A stretch of 29,517 nucleotides of DNA from assembly GCA_023261815.1 (NCBI GenBank), contig JALNKA010000014.1:1-29517 (forward strand), in the 5' to 3' direction. Shown piece by piece: positions 17,646-26,786 of the stretch. The position numbers were made by a program, and so were the translations under genes. Under the pieces are notes generated by a model, which saw only the letters and a program-made list of their open reading frames with translations, was not told where the DNA came from and ran no database searches. This DNA is from Candidatus Wolframiiraptor sinensis. Lineage in GTDB: Archaea > Thermoproteota > Nitrososphaeria_A > Caldarchaeales > Wolframiiraptoraceae. Numbering within the stretch: the first letter of the stretch is position 1; the number at the start of each line of letters is the position of its first letter.

Positions 17646-18181
17646 CTTTCCCCTCTCCGCGGTCTCCTCTTCAGCCTATGGCCGCATCTCGGGCACAATT
17701 CGCCCGGCCTGCCATCTCCAACCCACCCGCAGGCTCCACAATAAACCTCCCAGCTTATCACCTCCCTTATGCCCTGATGTAATATCGGCTTGACCTTTAG
17801 CCCCATCCTCGAGGCCAGGTTCTGGATTGAGTAGTCTGAGGTGAGGATGCATGTATCCCAGCCCGACTTGGAAAGTTGCAGGGCGAGGGCGAGGACGCTG
17901 ATATCGGCCTCGGAGAGCTCGATCTCGCCCAGGCCGCGCGCTTCCTCCTTAACCTTCTCCATGTATGCCGGCTCCGGCTCCATAACCTTTACCAATGCGC
18001 TCTCCTGGGCGGCGAGAGCCCTGTATCTCGCCTCTCGATCCCTGGCCTCCTCCAGCACCCTGCTCGAGGTCACTGCAAGAGCGTCCTCGATATGCGTGAA
18101 TCCGAGGATGAGGGCCGCGGCATCCAGCACGATGGCTCGCCTAGCCGAGCTTCTTCCTGATCCTCCTAGCAAGGCCTCCAC
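17642..18181 (-). CDS. nob1: Nob1 rRNA-processing endonuclease (PIN + Zn ribbon)
   Basis: VLDA, LSEADI..LALA, TSDYSIQN, CGAC...CPRCG. Exact start uncertain. Confidence 0.9.
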   Translation of the reverse strand: MEALLGGSGRSSARRAIVLDAAALILGFTHIEDALAVTSSRVLEEARDREARYRALAAQESALVKVMEPEPAYMEKVKEEARGLGEIELSEADISVLALALQLSKSGWDTCILTSDYSIQNLASRMGLKVKPILHQGIREVISWEVYCGACGWVGDGRPGELCPRCGHRLKRRPRRGER

Positions 18182-18950
18182 CCGGCCTCAGCCTTAGGAA
18201 GGCGGCCCGCCTGCTCGACCTGCTCACAGCAACAATTACCGATCTCTTGTCGATCCTTCTCAGGAGATAGCCGTCTATCAGGATCGAGAAGCCGTAGTCG
18301 CCGCCGGCAGCCACCTCCACTCTGTGCTCGAGGGAGAGCACCATGGGCCTTAGGCCGCCGATAGGGCAGACTGGAGTGAGGATAACAGCCTCCAGATCAT
18401 CATCAACTACGGGGCCTCCGGCCGAGAAGCTGTAAGCCGTTGAGCCGACCGGTGATGCTATTATCAAGCCGTCCGCGAGGCCTCTGGCGATCACCTCATC
18501 ATCTCTCCTCACCTCGAGGCTTAGGGTCTTTCCCATTGCCTGAGACGCGATATACGCTTCATTGAGCGCTTCTCCGATAATCTCGCCATCAACGGTTATT
18601 GAGAGAAGCATTTTGTGCTCCACCGAGTAGCCTCCCGCGAGAACCTTTTCCAGGGCCTCACCGAGCTCCTCCGCCTCGACCTCCGTGAGGTAGCCGCCCC
18701 TCCCGAAATTCACGCCGAGTACCCTTGCCTCCGGTTTTCTCAGAGCTCCGATGGTCTTCAGTATTGTGCCGTCGCCTCCGAGCGTGATCGCGAGCGAGGT
18801 GCTCTCAGGGAGAGAGTTGTCCACAAGCATCGAGGCGCTGTAGATCTCGGCGGCTATCCCCCGATCCTCTAGGATTCTTTTAGCCCTCTCCGCCGCCTCG
18901 CGCGCTCTCGGATTCCGCTCAGTATAGACTATGGCATAGAGCTCGTCCAT
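18141..18950 (-). CDS. nadK: NAD(+) kinase
   Basis: GGDGT, LNE and DGLIIASPVGSTAYSFSAGGP. Confidence 0.95.
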   Translation of the reverse strand: MDELYAIVYTERNPRAREAAERAKRILEDRGIAAEIYSASMLVDNSLPESTSLAITLGGDGTILKTIGALRKPEARVLGVNFGRGGYLTEVEAEELGEALEKVLAGGYSVEHKMLLSITVDGEIIGEALNEAYIASQAMGKTLSLEVRRDDEVIARGLADGLIIASPVGSTAYSFSAGGPVVDDDLEAVILTPVCPIGGLRPMVLSLEHRVEVAAGGDYGFSILIDGYLLRRIDKRSVIVAVSRSSRRAAFLRLRPGGGLARRIRKKLG

Positions 18951-19030
18951 CCAATCTCCATCTCCATGATGCGGTGGTTAACTTTATCTTTGATTTTAAA
19001 AAAGTTAATATGAGCCGGGCACGCGCGCCG

Positions 19031-19120
19031 CTAGATAGACCGTCTCCTCCGAATGCTTCTGCCCTCCACTTTGCCCCCATTAGCCTCAACCAGCAATAAT
19101 ATTAGATCGCCTAGCTTCAT
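19031..19120 (-). pseudogene. Remnant of a YwgA/SocA-like winged-helix gene (frameshifted, truncated)
   Basis: Reads MKLGDLILLLVEANGGKVEGR, with TVYLA following in a shifted frame; resembles the 'ILLLL..GG.IEGRT.LQK.VYL' pattern. Confidence 0.35.
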
Positions 19121-19236
19121 CCCCCAACACCTTTTAAGGAGACCATTCTCCTGACACGATTCTGCGAATCTTCTCCCGCACAGATAATTCTTATAAGCCT
19201 CAAGATGACCGATAATCGCCTTCCCACTGTAAGCCT

Positions 19237-19683
19237 TTATCTACCTATACTCGACGCCCGGCTTGGACTTGATGTTAGGCCACTCCTTAACCTCCTCGCC
19301 CTCGCTATTATGATAGCGGCTATCGCGGTGGCGGCGAGCGCTATTGCCGCCGTCGTTGGGATGCTCGGGATAGCCTCTTCCTCAACCTCGATGATCTTTG
19401 TGGCCGTGACCGTCACTGTCTCGACCTTCAGAATCGCCTCGATTTCCGGGACCTTCACGGTCTCCGTAACCGTAGCCTCGATTGTACCAGTCACGGTCAC
19501 CGTCGCGGTGCTCGTGACGGCCTCCCAGACCGTGGTCGTCCTGGTCGTGGTCCAGTTGGGGGGGTGAGCGGCCTCCTCGTCCGTCCTGGTCGTAGGCGCG
19601 GGCCCTATTCCCGCGGATTCGGCGCCCACTCCCAGGATCAGGGCCAGCGCGATTAGCGCCGTCAAGATGATTCTCCAGCTCAC
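19237..19683 (-). CDS. Small secreted Thr-rich protein with C-terminal membrane anchor
   Basis: Signal peptide, TVTVT repeats, then IPSIP, an Ala/Ile TM helix and basic residues. Confidence 0.75.
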   Translation of the reverse strand: MSWRIILTALIALALILGVGAESAGIGPAPTTRTDEEAAHPPNWTTTRTTTVWEAVTSTATVTVTGTIEATVTETVKVPEIEAILKVETVTVTATKIIEVEEEAIPSIPTTAAIALAATAIAAIIIARARRLRSGLTSSPSRASSIGR

Positions 19684-21620
19684 CTAGCCCACCTCCTGGC
19701 GGCGATCGCCGCGGACGCTATTATCGCCGCCGCGATGGCCGCGGCCATTATCGGGATAATCGGCACCGTGACCCTCTTCGCCACGACCTCGGCGGTTTCG
19801 GTTGTCGTGACGGTCTTGGTCGTCGTGATGGCCGAGCGCTCCGTCGTGGTGACGGTCTCCGTCGAAATCCTGTACTCGACGACGACCTGCGCGATCGTGG
19901 TCCAGGCGGTTTCGCGCTCCGTCTTCGTGACGGTGACTGCTACCGGCTTCCTCACCTCGTCGCTCGGGATATTGACGGTCCTCTCCAGATCAAAGCCCAG
20001 GTTCAGCTTGCCCGCGTAGGAGTATCCGCCTCCCCAGCTCAGCTCGACGTCATACGTTCTATAGAGCGGCAGGCGCTCGAAGAGGGCCTCTCCCAGCCCG
20101 TCCGTCGTCGAGTTGAAGGATACCCCATCCGTGGTCAGCTTAACCGCCGCGTTCGCTATCGGCTCGACCCCATCCAGCAGGAACCTCATCCTCACGTCCC
20201 CGATCGGAACCGGGAACTTGTCCTTGGCGAGATCCAAGTAATTCGCCACCACCATCACGTACTCCAAGCCCGTCTCCGGAAGCCTTAACCTGAGGGTGTA
20301 CTTCCCGGCTGGGAGGCTCTCGATGACCATCCTCGACGATGGGCGGCCGCCCGAATCGAACCTGAGCCCCCCGCTCCCCTCGAGGACCCAGTAGACCTCG
20401 CAGGGCTTATGATCCCATGTCACGAACTGCATGTCGACCCTCACCGGCTTTAGGTCCAGCGCGATCGCCACCTCCTCCGGCCCCCTGACCTCTATCGCCC
20501 TCTCCGCGACGACCTCGCCGAAGGAGGCTTTCAGCGAGTGCCTCCCCGGCCTGACGAGGTAGAATGTCGCCACGCCCTCATCGTTTGTCCGCTCGCCCCA
20601 GCCGTCCAGCTCCACCCTCGCCCCCATGAGCGGCGCGCCCTCCCTCGACGTAACCCTAACCCTTATCGTGTAGAAGGGGCCCTTCTCCGGCGGTATCACC
20701 ACCTCGCAGACCTTCTCCGGGTCGGGCATGCAGGACCCCTCCGCCAACTCCTCCCACGTGTAGTGGTACACGATGCGCAGCTTCAGCGGGACTATCGGGA
20801 CCGGCGCTATCCAAACCGGATAGGGGCGCGTCAAATACGAAATGATGAACCTCTCGCCCTCATCCATTATACGGACTGCGGTGCGGACGCCCTCGCCCAT
20901 GTAGGTTACCAGCAGCCTGAACTCCGTGGTGTTCGTCGTGACCCGGATCTTGAGCTTCTTCAGCTCCTCCCTGTAGTGGTCCGGGTCATCTATGCCCGGG
21001 ATGTATCCGCGGAGGTGGTCGAGCCCGACGTATATCTCCCCGTCGTAGACCTTGTATCCAGCCCACCAAACCTCCAGCCTATGCGCGCCCTGCGGCACCA
21101 TCTCCGCCTCGGCGGACATCGGCGTAAACTGCGGCGGCTCGCCCCTCACGAGCTCGACGCCGTCGAGATATATCCCCGCGAACCTCTCGAACACCTTCCC
21201 CTTCACCGGGTTCGCGAGGAGCGCCAGCTCTCCGCCGCTCGCGGTCACGGGCATTATCGAGGCTTTGAAGACGTGGGCCCTGACCTCCTCAGCGGCCAGC
21301 AGCTCGCCTCCCCACATCTCCCTCCTGAGGACCAGCGCGCTCCCGGCAGCGAACCTCGACCCCTCCCAGTAAACCTCCAAGACGTATCTCGCGGCTGCCC
21401 TGATCCCCGGTATCACGACTACCCCGTCATCGCTGGCATGGTATTCGCGCCTATCGGCCGGATTGGCCGCATCGATCACGACAACCTTGGCCCCAGCGAG
21501 CGGTTTAACACCCTCAAAGTCCTTCAACATGATCCTGGCCTCGGACTGGGCGGCGGCATGCGCCAGCTCGAGCAGCATCATCGCCAAGACCACGAACCCG
21601 ATGACAACCCTCCACCGCAT
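19680..21620 (-). CDS. Large cell-surface protein with carboxypeptidase-regulatory-like beta-sandwich repeats
   Basis: Signal peptide; repeats PLAGAKV/PLMGARV/PIANAAV...TxxxG...F; Thr-rich stalk; VPIIP, a TM helix and RRWAR. Confidence 0.8.
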   Translation of the reverse strand: MRWRVVIGFVVLAMMLLELAHAAAQSEARIMLKDFEGVKPLAGAKVVVIDAANPADRREYHASDDGVVVIPGIRAAARYVLEVYWEGSRFAAGSALVLRREMWGGELLAAEEVRAHVFKASIMPVTASGGELALLANPVKGKVFERFAGIYLDGVELVRGEPPQFTPMSAEAEMVPQGAHRLEVWWAGYKVYDGEIYVGLDHLRGYIPGIDDPDHYREELKKLKIRVTTNTTEFRLLVTYMGEGVRTAVRIMDEGERFIISYLTRPYPVWIAPVPIVPLKLRIVYHYTWEELAEGSCMPDPEKVCEVVIPPEKGPFYTIRVRVTSREGAPLMGARVELDGWGERTNDEGVATFYLVRPGRHSLKASFGEVVAERAIEVRGPEEVAIALDLKPVRVDMQFVTWDHKPCEVYWVLEGSGGLRFDSGGRPSSRMVIESLPAGKYTLRLRLPETGLEYVMVVANYLDLAKDKFPVPIGDVRMRFLLDGVEPIANAAVKLTTDGVSFNSTTDGLGEALFERLPLYRTYDVELSWGGGYSYAGKLNLGFDLERTVNIPSDEVRKPVAVTVTKTERETAWTTIAQVVVEYRISTETVTTTERSAITTTKTVTTTETAEVVAKRVTVPIIPIMAAAIAAAIIASAAIAARRWAR

Positions 21621-21751
21621 TTTCCCCTCAAAAGTAAGCTCGTGTGAGAGACCGATTATAAATGTTCTCAGACGTGCTTAACGCTTATTGGTGCGCGTCG
21701 TTAGTGGATCGAGCGAATTACCATATTGAGAAGAGATAGGCATGCTTTTTG

Positions 21752-21843
21752 ACGAAGGCAAGGAACCAGAAGAGGGTGCTGAGCGTCCTGGGGGCTTGCA
21801 TCAATGGCGCTACGGGTGGAGGGACAAAATAAAAGCCCTGATG
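21752..21843 (+). mobile_element. Decayed remnant of the same IS110-like element seen at 1-711
   Basis: Collinear matches to ~520-621: GGTGCTGAG, TCAAyGGCGC, GGTGGAGG and an exact 15-mer ATAAAAGCCCTGATG (607-621 = 21829-21843). Confidence 0.65.
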
Positions 21844-21909
21844 GAAATAAGTTATGTTCCTCTCGAGGTTACCTTTAATTAAGCCTCCAGCGTGCTAGCA
21901 TTCCGGGCC

Positions 21910-23049
21910 ATGATAGGCAAGGATGAGATAGCCTCGATTATTGAGGGCTACTCCCGAGATGATTTGAGGATCGGGGTTCTCGGAAGCCACTCGGCCCTAG
22001 AAATATGCAGGGGCGCGAAAGATGAGGGGTTCAAGACGGTAGTGGTTTGCGAGAAGGGGAGGGAGAAGACTTATGCCAATTACTATAGGAGGAGGATTAT
22101 CTTCGGCCGCGAGGTCGGCGTGGTCGATGACGCAATAATTCTAGATAAGTTCAGGGAGATCTTGCGCGACGATGTGCAGTTAGAGCTAAGGTCGAGAAGC
22201 ACGATATTCATCCCCCATAGATCCCTCTGCGTATACGTTGGCTACCGGGCCCTGGAGGATGAATTCAGGATACCCATGTTCGGGAATAGGTTTCTCTTGA
22301 AGGTGGAGGAGCGGGATGTTGAGCGCAATCAGTATTACCTGATGGAGAAGGCCGGAATCCCCCATCCAAGGATTTTCAGAGATCCATCTGAGATAGATGG
22401 GCTCGCGCTCGTGAAGGCTCCTGAGGCGGCGAGAGGATTTGAGAGGGCATTCTTCCTAGCATCCTCTCCTAGAGAATTCGAGGAGAAGGCCGAGGATCTC
22501 ATTCGGAAGAGGGCCCTGACGCGAGAGGGGCTTGAGAGGGCGGTGATCGAGGAGTTCATAGTCGGCGCGCCATTCAATTTCAACTTCTTCTACTCGCCGC
22601 TCACCGGCGAGGTCGAGCTCCTCGGCGTGGATACGCGGAGGCAGACGAACCTCGAGGGAATAATGAGGCTGCCCGCGCCCTATCAAGTTGAGGTCCTTAA
22701 GCACATGGAGCTCAAGACTATCGAGGTCGGGCACATAGCCTGCACCGTCAGGGAGTCCCTTCTCGAGAGAGCTTTCGAGCTCGCAGAGAAGCTCGTGAAG
22801 GCTGCGAGAGAAGAGTATCCACCGGGAATCATAGGCCCCTTCGCCCTCCAGAGCATGATCATCCCGGGCCCGCCGCACGAGGACATAGTGGTCTATGATC
22901 TGAGCGTCAGGGTTCCCGGGTCCCCTGGAACAAAGTTCACTCCATACTCCGAGAATCTTTGGGGATTTTCCATGAGCGTCGGGAGGAGGATAGCGCTCGA
23001 GATCAGGGAATCCTTAAAGCAGGATAGGCTCCTCGATCTCTTAACATGA
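21910..23049 (+). CDS. purP: PurP-like ATP-grasp protein (divergent paralogue)
   Basis: GSHSAL, FGNR, NFNFFYSP and GPFALQ. The Gly-rich loop is replaced by EAARGFERAFF. Confidence 0.85.
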   Translation: MIGKDEIASIIEGYSRDDLRIGVLGSHSALEICRGAKDEGFKTVVVCEKGREKTYANYYRRRIIFGREVGVVDDAIILDKFREILRDDVQLELRSRSTIFIPHRSLCVYVGYRALEDEFRIPMFGNRFLLKVEERDVERNQYYLMEKAGIPHPRIFRDPSEIDGLALVKAPEAARGFERAFFLASSPREFEEKAEDLIRKRALTREGLERAVIEEFIVGAPFNFNFFYSPLTGEVELLGVDTRRQTNLEGIMRLPAPYQVEVLKHMELKTIEVGHIACTVRESLLERAFELAEKLVKAAREEYPPGIIGPFALQSMIIPGPPHEDIVVYDLSVRVPGSPGTKFTPYSENLWGFSMSVGRRIALEIRESLKQDRLLDLLT

Positions 23050-24146
23050 TACCTAGGGAGGAGCTGCTGAGGATTCTCTCTAGATATGATGAGGGGGACA
23101 TCAGGATCGCCACGATCTGCTCCCACTCCGCTCTCCAAATATTTCACGGAGCTAGGATGGAGGGCTTCGGCACTATAGGAATAGCATTGAGGAGGAATAG
23201 GCCATATTATGAGAGCTTTCCGAAGGCGAGCCCCGAGATCATGATGGAGGTCGAGAGCTACAGCGATATCCTGAAGGAGGAGTTTCAGGAAAAACTGATC
23301 TCTGAGAGCGCGCTGATCATACCCCACGGCTCCTTCGTCGAATACGTCGGCGCCGAGAACATCCTCGAGAGACTCAGGGTTCCGATGTTCGGGAATAGGC
23401 GCACTCTCTACTGGGAGGGAGATAGGGAGAAGCAGAGGAGGTGGATTGCGGAGGCCGGGGTGAGGGCTCCAAGGCGATACGCGTCGCCGGATGAGATAGA
23501 TGGCCCGGTTATGGTGAAGCTTCATGGCGCTAAAGGCGGAAGAGGGTATTTCAGGGCATCGAGCCCGAGCGAGCTCAGGAGGAAGCTCGATGAGCTCAGG
23601 ATGAGAGGTTCTATGAGCGGCGAGACCGGCTTCATAATCGAGGAGTTCATCCCCGGCGTCAGGTTCTATCCCCACTTCTTCCTCTCACCCCTAGAGAGGC
23701 CGAATCTCCCGGGGCTTGCGCATGGCAGGCTCGAGCTCCTCGGAATGGATCGGAGGCTCGAGATCATAGACGAGATTTATCGAGGATTCCCTGACATGAT
23801 CGAGGAATACTTGGACTATACTGTGGCCGGGAATACTCCCGTCATTGTCAGGGAGAAGTTTATCGTCGATCTCTTGGAGGCAGCTGCGAAGATAGCATCG
23901 GCGGCGCGAAGGCTCTTCGATCCCGGCCTCATAGGCCCATTCTGTCTCGAGACGATATATCATCCGAGACGCGGATTCGTGGTCTTCGAGATCTCGGCTA
24001 GAATCGTCGCCGGGACAAACCTCTATCCCATGGGCTCCCCATACTCCCCATACTACCATGATGAGCCCATGTCCACCGGCAGGAGAATAGCCAGGGAGAT
24101 AAAGAATGCCGTTAAGCTGGGGAGGCTAAGTGATTTGGTATACTAA
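23046..24146 (+). CDS. purP: Formate-dependent FAICAR synthetase PurP
   Basis: CSHSALQI, PHGSFVEY, GAKGGRGYF, GPFCLE and FEISARIVAGTN. Confidence 0.92.
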   Translation: MIPREELLRILSRYDEGDIRIATICSHSALQIFHGARMEGFGTIGIALRRNRPYYESFPKASPEIMMEVESYSDILKEEFQEKLISESALIIPHGSFVEYVGAENILERLRVPMFGNRRTLYWEGDREKQRRWIAEAGVRAPRRYASPDEIDGPVMVKLHGAKGGRGYFRASSPSELRRKLDELRMRGSMSGETGFIIEEFIPGVRFYPHFFLSPLERPNLPGLAHGRLELLGMDRRLEIIDEIYRGFPDMIEEYLDYTVAGNTPVIVREKFIVDLLEAAAKIASAARRLFDPGLIGPFCLETIYHPRRGFVVFEISARIVAGTNLYPMGSPYSPYYHDEPMSTGRRIAREIKNAVKLGRLSDLVY

Positions 24147-24325
24147 GTCCATGTTCGATCGGCTTTTTGCAGCTTCACTCCAGCGCTCATCCTCATGATT
24201 ATTCTTCTTTCACGCTTATCAAGAGCTTCTCCATCCCAAGATCTTTTCACGGGTTCTCCGAGGTATTCGCGCGGAGGATGAGATATAAGGCTTTTACGCA
24301 AATTCGGAGGCGGTGAAGGTGGGTA

Positions 24326-25015
24326 TTGGGCGCTAAGAGGCTGGCGGCTCTCTTCAGCGGCGGAAAGGACTCGACGCTGGCAATACAGCTGGCCGAGTCC
24401 ATGGGCTATCACGTTGACTACTTGATCACGATCAAGCCCGCCTCCGATGAATCCTACTATTTTCATTATCCCAATATCTGGGTTACCGGGCTCCAAGCGA
24501 GAGCCATGGGAAGAAGGCAGATCATGGTTGCAGCGAGGTCAGCGTCTAGGGAGGATGAGATTCGCGCCCTCAGGGATGCCATCGAGCTCATCGGGGATGA
24601 GGTTGATGGCCTGCTATCGGGGGTCAGTAGAAGCGGGTCCCAGCACGAGCTCTTCCAGCGATTGTGCAAGGAGCTAGGGCTGGAGTTCATCGCCCCCCTC
24701 TGGATGAGAGATCCAAGCCAGCTTCTCGATGAGATCATCTCCAGCGGAATAGCCGCCATGATCGTGGGCGTCGCGGCCATGGGGCTGGGAAGGGAGCTCC
24801 TGGGGAAGATCATCGACCAGGAGCTGATAATTCTGCTCCACTCCCTCTCCGAGAGGTATGGCGTGGATCTACTCGGCGAGGGCGGCGAGTTCGAGACGCT
24901 CGTGCTGGACTCGCCCCTATTCAGGAAAAAACTCGAGATCCTGGATTACGAGGTCAGCTGGAGCGGGTATAGCGGCTTCCTAATTGTCAAGGATGCGAGG
25001 CTCATCAAAAAGTAA
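24326..25015 (+). CDS. dph6: Diphthine-ammonia ligase (PP-loop ATPase)
   Basis: LFSGGKDS, PLW and GEGGEFETLVLDSPLF. Confidence 0.9.
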   Translation: MGAKRLAALFSGGKDSTLAIQLAESMGYHVDYLITIKPASDESYYFHYPNIWVTGLQARAMGRRQIMVAARSASREDEIRALRDAIELIGDEVDGLLSGVSRSGSQHELFQRLCKELGLEFIAPLWMRDPSQLLDEIISSGIAAMIVGVAAMGLGRELLGKIIDQELIILLHSLSERYGVDLLGEGGEFETLVLDSPLFRKKLEILDYEVSWSGYSGFLIVKDARLIKK

Positions 25016-25035
25016 GATGGCCAAGCTGAGACGGC

Positions 25036-25431
25036 TTAGCCTGTCTTCACGTTGACTATCATGTACCTCCCCATGATCCTCCAGTACTCGACCGTTGCGC
25101 CGGGCTCGAGCCTCTCGCGGAGCTTTTCATCCTGCGGGATCGGGACCTCGACTATCTCATAGGTCTCATTATCCATAACGCTGACCATGTCTCCCATGGA
25201 GACCACTTGGCCCGTCTTCTTCTCGATTATCGGCACCTCGACCTTGCTATCCGCCGGCCCCACGAGCGTCCGCTTAACATTATCGAAAATCCCTATTGCC
25301 ACGATCCTGACCTTAGCCGAGCCATGCTTCCCCGGCTTGCTCTTCTCCAGCTCCACAATCCTACAGGGCTCGCCATCTATCACAATATTATGGCCGACCT
25401 TAAGCGAGCCGAGCTCGGCGGGCTTGCTCAT
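25036..25431 (-). CDS. eif5a: Translation factor aIF5A/eIF5A
   Basis: Hypusine motif KPGKHGSAK. Likely start is ATG 25431, not the 25503 start in the ORF track. Confidence 0.96.
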   Translation of the reverse strand: MSKPAELGSLKVGHNIVIDGEPCRIVELEKSKPGKHGSAKVRIVAIGIFDNVKRTLVGPADSKVEVPIIEKKTGQVVSMGDMVSVMDNETYEIVEVPIPQDEKLRERLEPGATVEYWRIMGRYMIVNVKTG

Positions 25432-25534
25432 GTTCTCCGAAAATCCGGATAATTCGCATATATAAGGGTGTTCTCCGCCGTGTGGCTCGACGAGGGACAT
25501 CAAAGCTTTTAAGATCCGTTATTTCACTCGCGGC

Positions 25535-26770
25535 GTGGATTTGAGCTCCATAATCAGCTTAAGGTTCTCGGATATCAATGGCGTGCTCAAGGAGGTGCTG
25601 ATCTCCGAGCGGGAGTTTGAGAGGGCCGTATCCAGGGGCATTTGGTTCGATGGCTCATCGATAGAGGGCTTCGCTAGGAGATTCGAGAGCGATATGATGC
25701 TTGTAGTGGACTCAAGCGCGCACTACACGGTTAACGGCGTGAAGACCTATTTCTGCGACGTCTATAAGAATGGCGCCCCATTCGACGGAGACCCTAGAAC
25801 CATCTTGAAGGACATGCTCATGAGGCTCGAGAAAAATGAGGGCTTCACGTTCATCGCCGCCGGCGAGCTGGAGTTCTACGTGCTCAAGGATGGGGAGCCC
25901 ATCGACAGTGGAAGCTACTTCGACGTCTCCCCGAGGGATAAGGCGAACGCGATCAAGATAAGGATAGCTGAGAAGCTCTCGGAAGCTGGCATCGAATGGA
26001 GCATAAGTCATCATGAGGTTGGGCCTGGCCAGAATGAGGTCGACATACTTCACGACCAGGGGCTGAGGATCGCCGATAAGACCCTCCTAACGAAGAACAT
26101 CATCAAGCTGGTCTGCGAGTCAATGGACCTAAAAGCTTCATTCATGCCCAAGCCATTCCATGGCAAGCCCGGAAACGGGTTCCACATACACATGAGCATC
26201 TGGGCCGGCGAGGATAACCTCTTCTATGATGAGCGTGATCCCTATGGCCTCTCCAGCCTGGCGAGGAACTTCATAGCCGGAATCTTTGAGCACGTAGATG
26301 GAATTACCGCCATCGCGAACCCGACCGTGAACTCGTATAAGAGGCTGGGAGAATTCGAGGCTCCGAAATACGTCTACTGGGGCATGAAGAATAGGGATGC
26401 CCTGATAAGAGTGCCGGAATTCCGCGGAAAAGCTGGGGCGAGGATAGAGTATAGAGCTCCTGATCCATCCTCGAACCCGTATCTGCTGTTCACGGTCCTG
26501 CTGGCGGCCGGAATGGACGGCGTCAAGAGAAACCTAGAGCCCCCTGAGCCCATCGAGAAGGACATCTACGAGTATGGGCTGTATAGGGATCTTCCAACCC
26601 TGCCCCAAACTCTCGAGAAGGCTTTGGATGCTCTGGAGGAGGATAAGCTGCTCAGGAGCTCTCTACGGCTGGCCGGCGAGAACTTCATCAAGCTGAAGAG
26701 GCAGGAGTGGGAGGATTACGCCACCCGGAGGATAACGGACTGGGAATACGAGAAATACTTCGACGTTTAG
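25535..26770 (+). CDS. glnA: Glutamine synthetase type I
   Basis: FDGSSIEGF, ELEF, HHEVGPGQNE, FMPKP...GNGFHIH, NSYKRL and IEYRAPDPSSNPY. Confidence 0.95.
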   Translation: MDLSSIISLRFSDINGVLKEVLISEREFERAVSRGIWFDGSSIEGFARRFESDMMLVVDSSAHYTVNGVKTYFCDVYKNGAPFDGDPRTILKDMLMRLEKNEGFTFIAAGELEFYVLKDGEPIDSGSYFDVSPRDKANAIKIRIAEKLSEAGIEWSISHHEVGPGQNEVDILHDQGLRIADKTLLTKNIIKLVCESMDLKASFMPKPFHGKPGNGFHIHMSIWAGEDNLFYDERDPYGLSSLARNFIAGIFEHVDGITAIANPTVNSYKRLGEFEAPKYVYWGMKNRDALIRVPEFRGKAGARIEYRAPDPSSNPYLLFTVLLAAGMDGVKRNLEPPEPIEKDIYEYGLYRDLPTLPQTLEKALDALEEDKLLRSSLRLAGENFIKLKRQEWEDYATRRITDWEYEKYFDV

Positions 26771-26786
26771 CGAGCTCGAGCAGACT

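Noticed and set aside
20538-21647. 369-aa + strand ORF and other long antisense ORFs (e.g. 808-1371, 22893-23675, 27962-28564)
   Set aside because: These are shadow frames of well-supported genes in GC-rich DNA, with no motifs and atypical composition.
24143-24496. 117-aa minus-strand ORF or sRNA between purP and dph6
   Set aside because: It overlaps dph6 antisense, has no motif and has no complete C/D box set.
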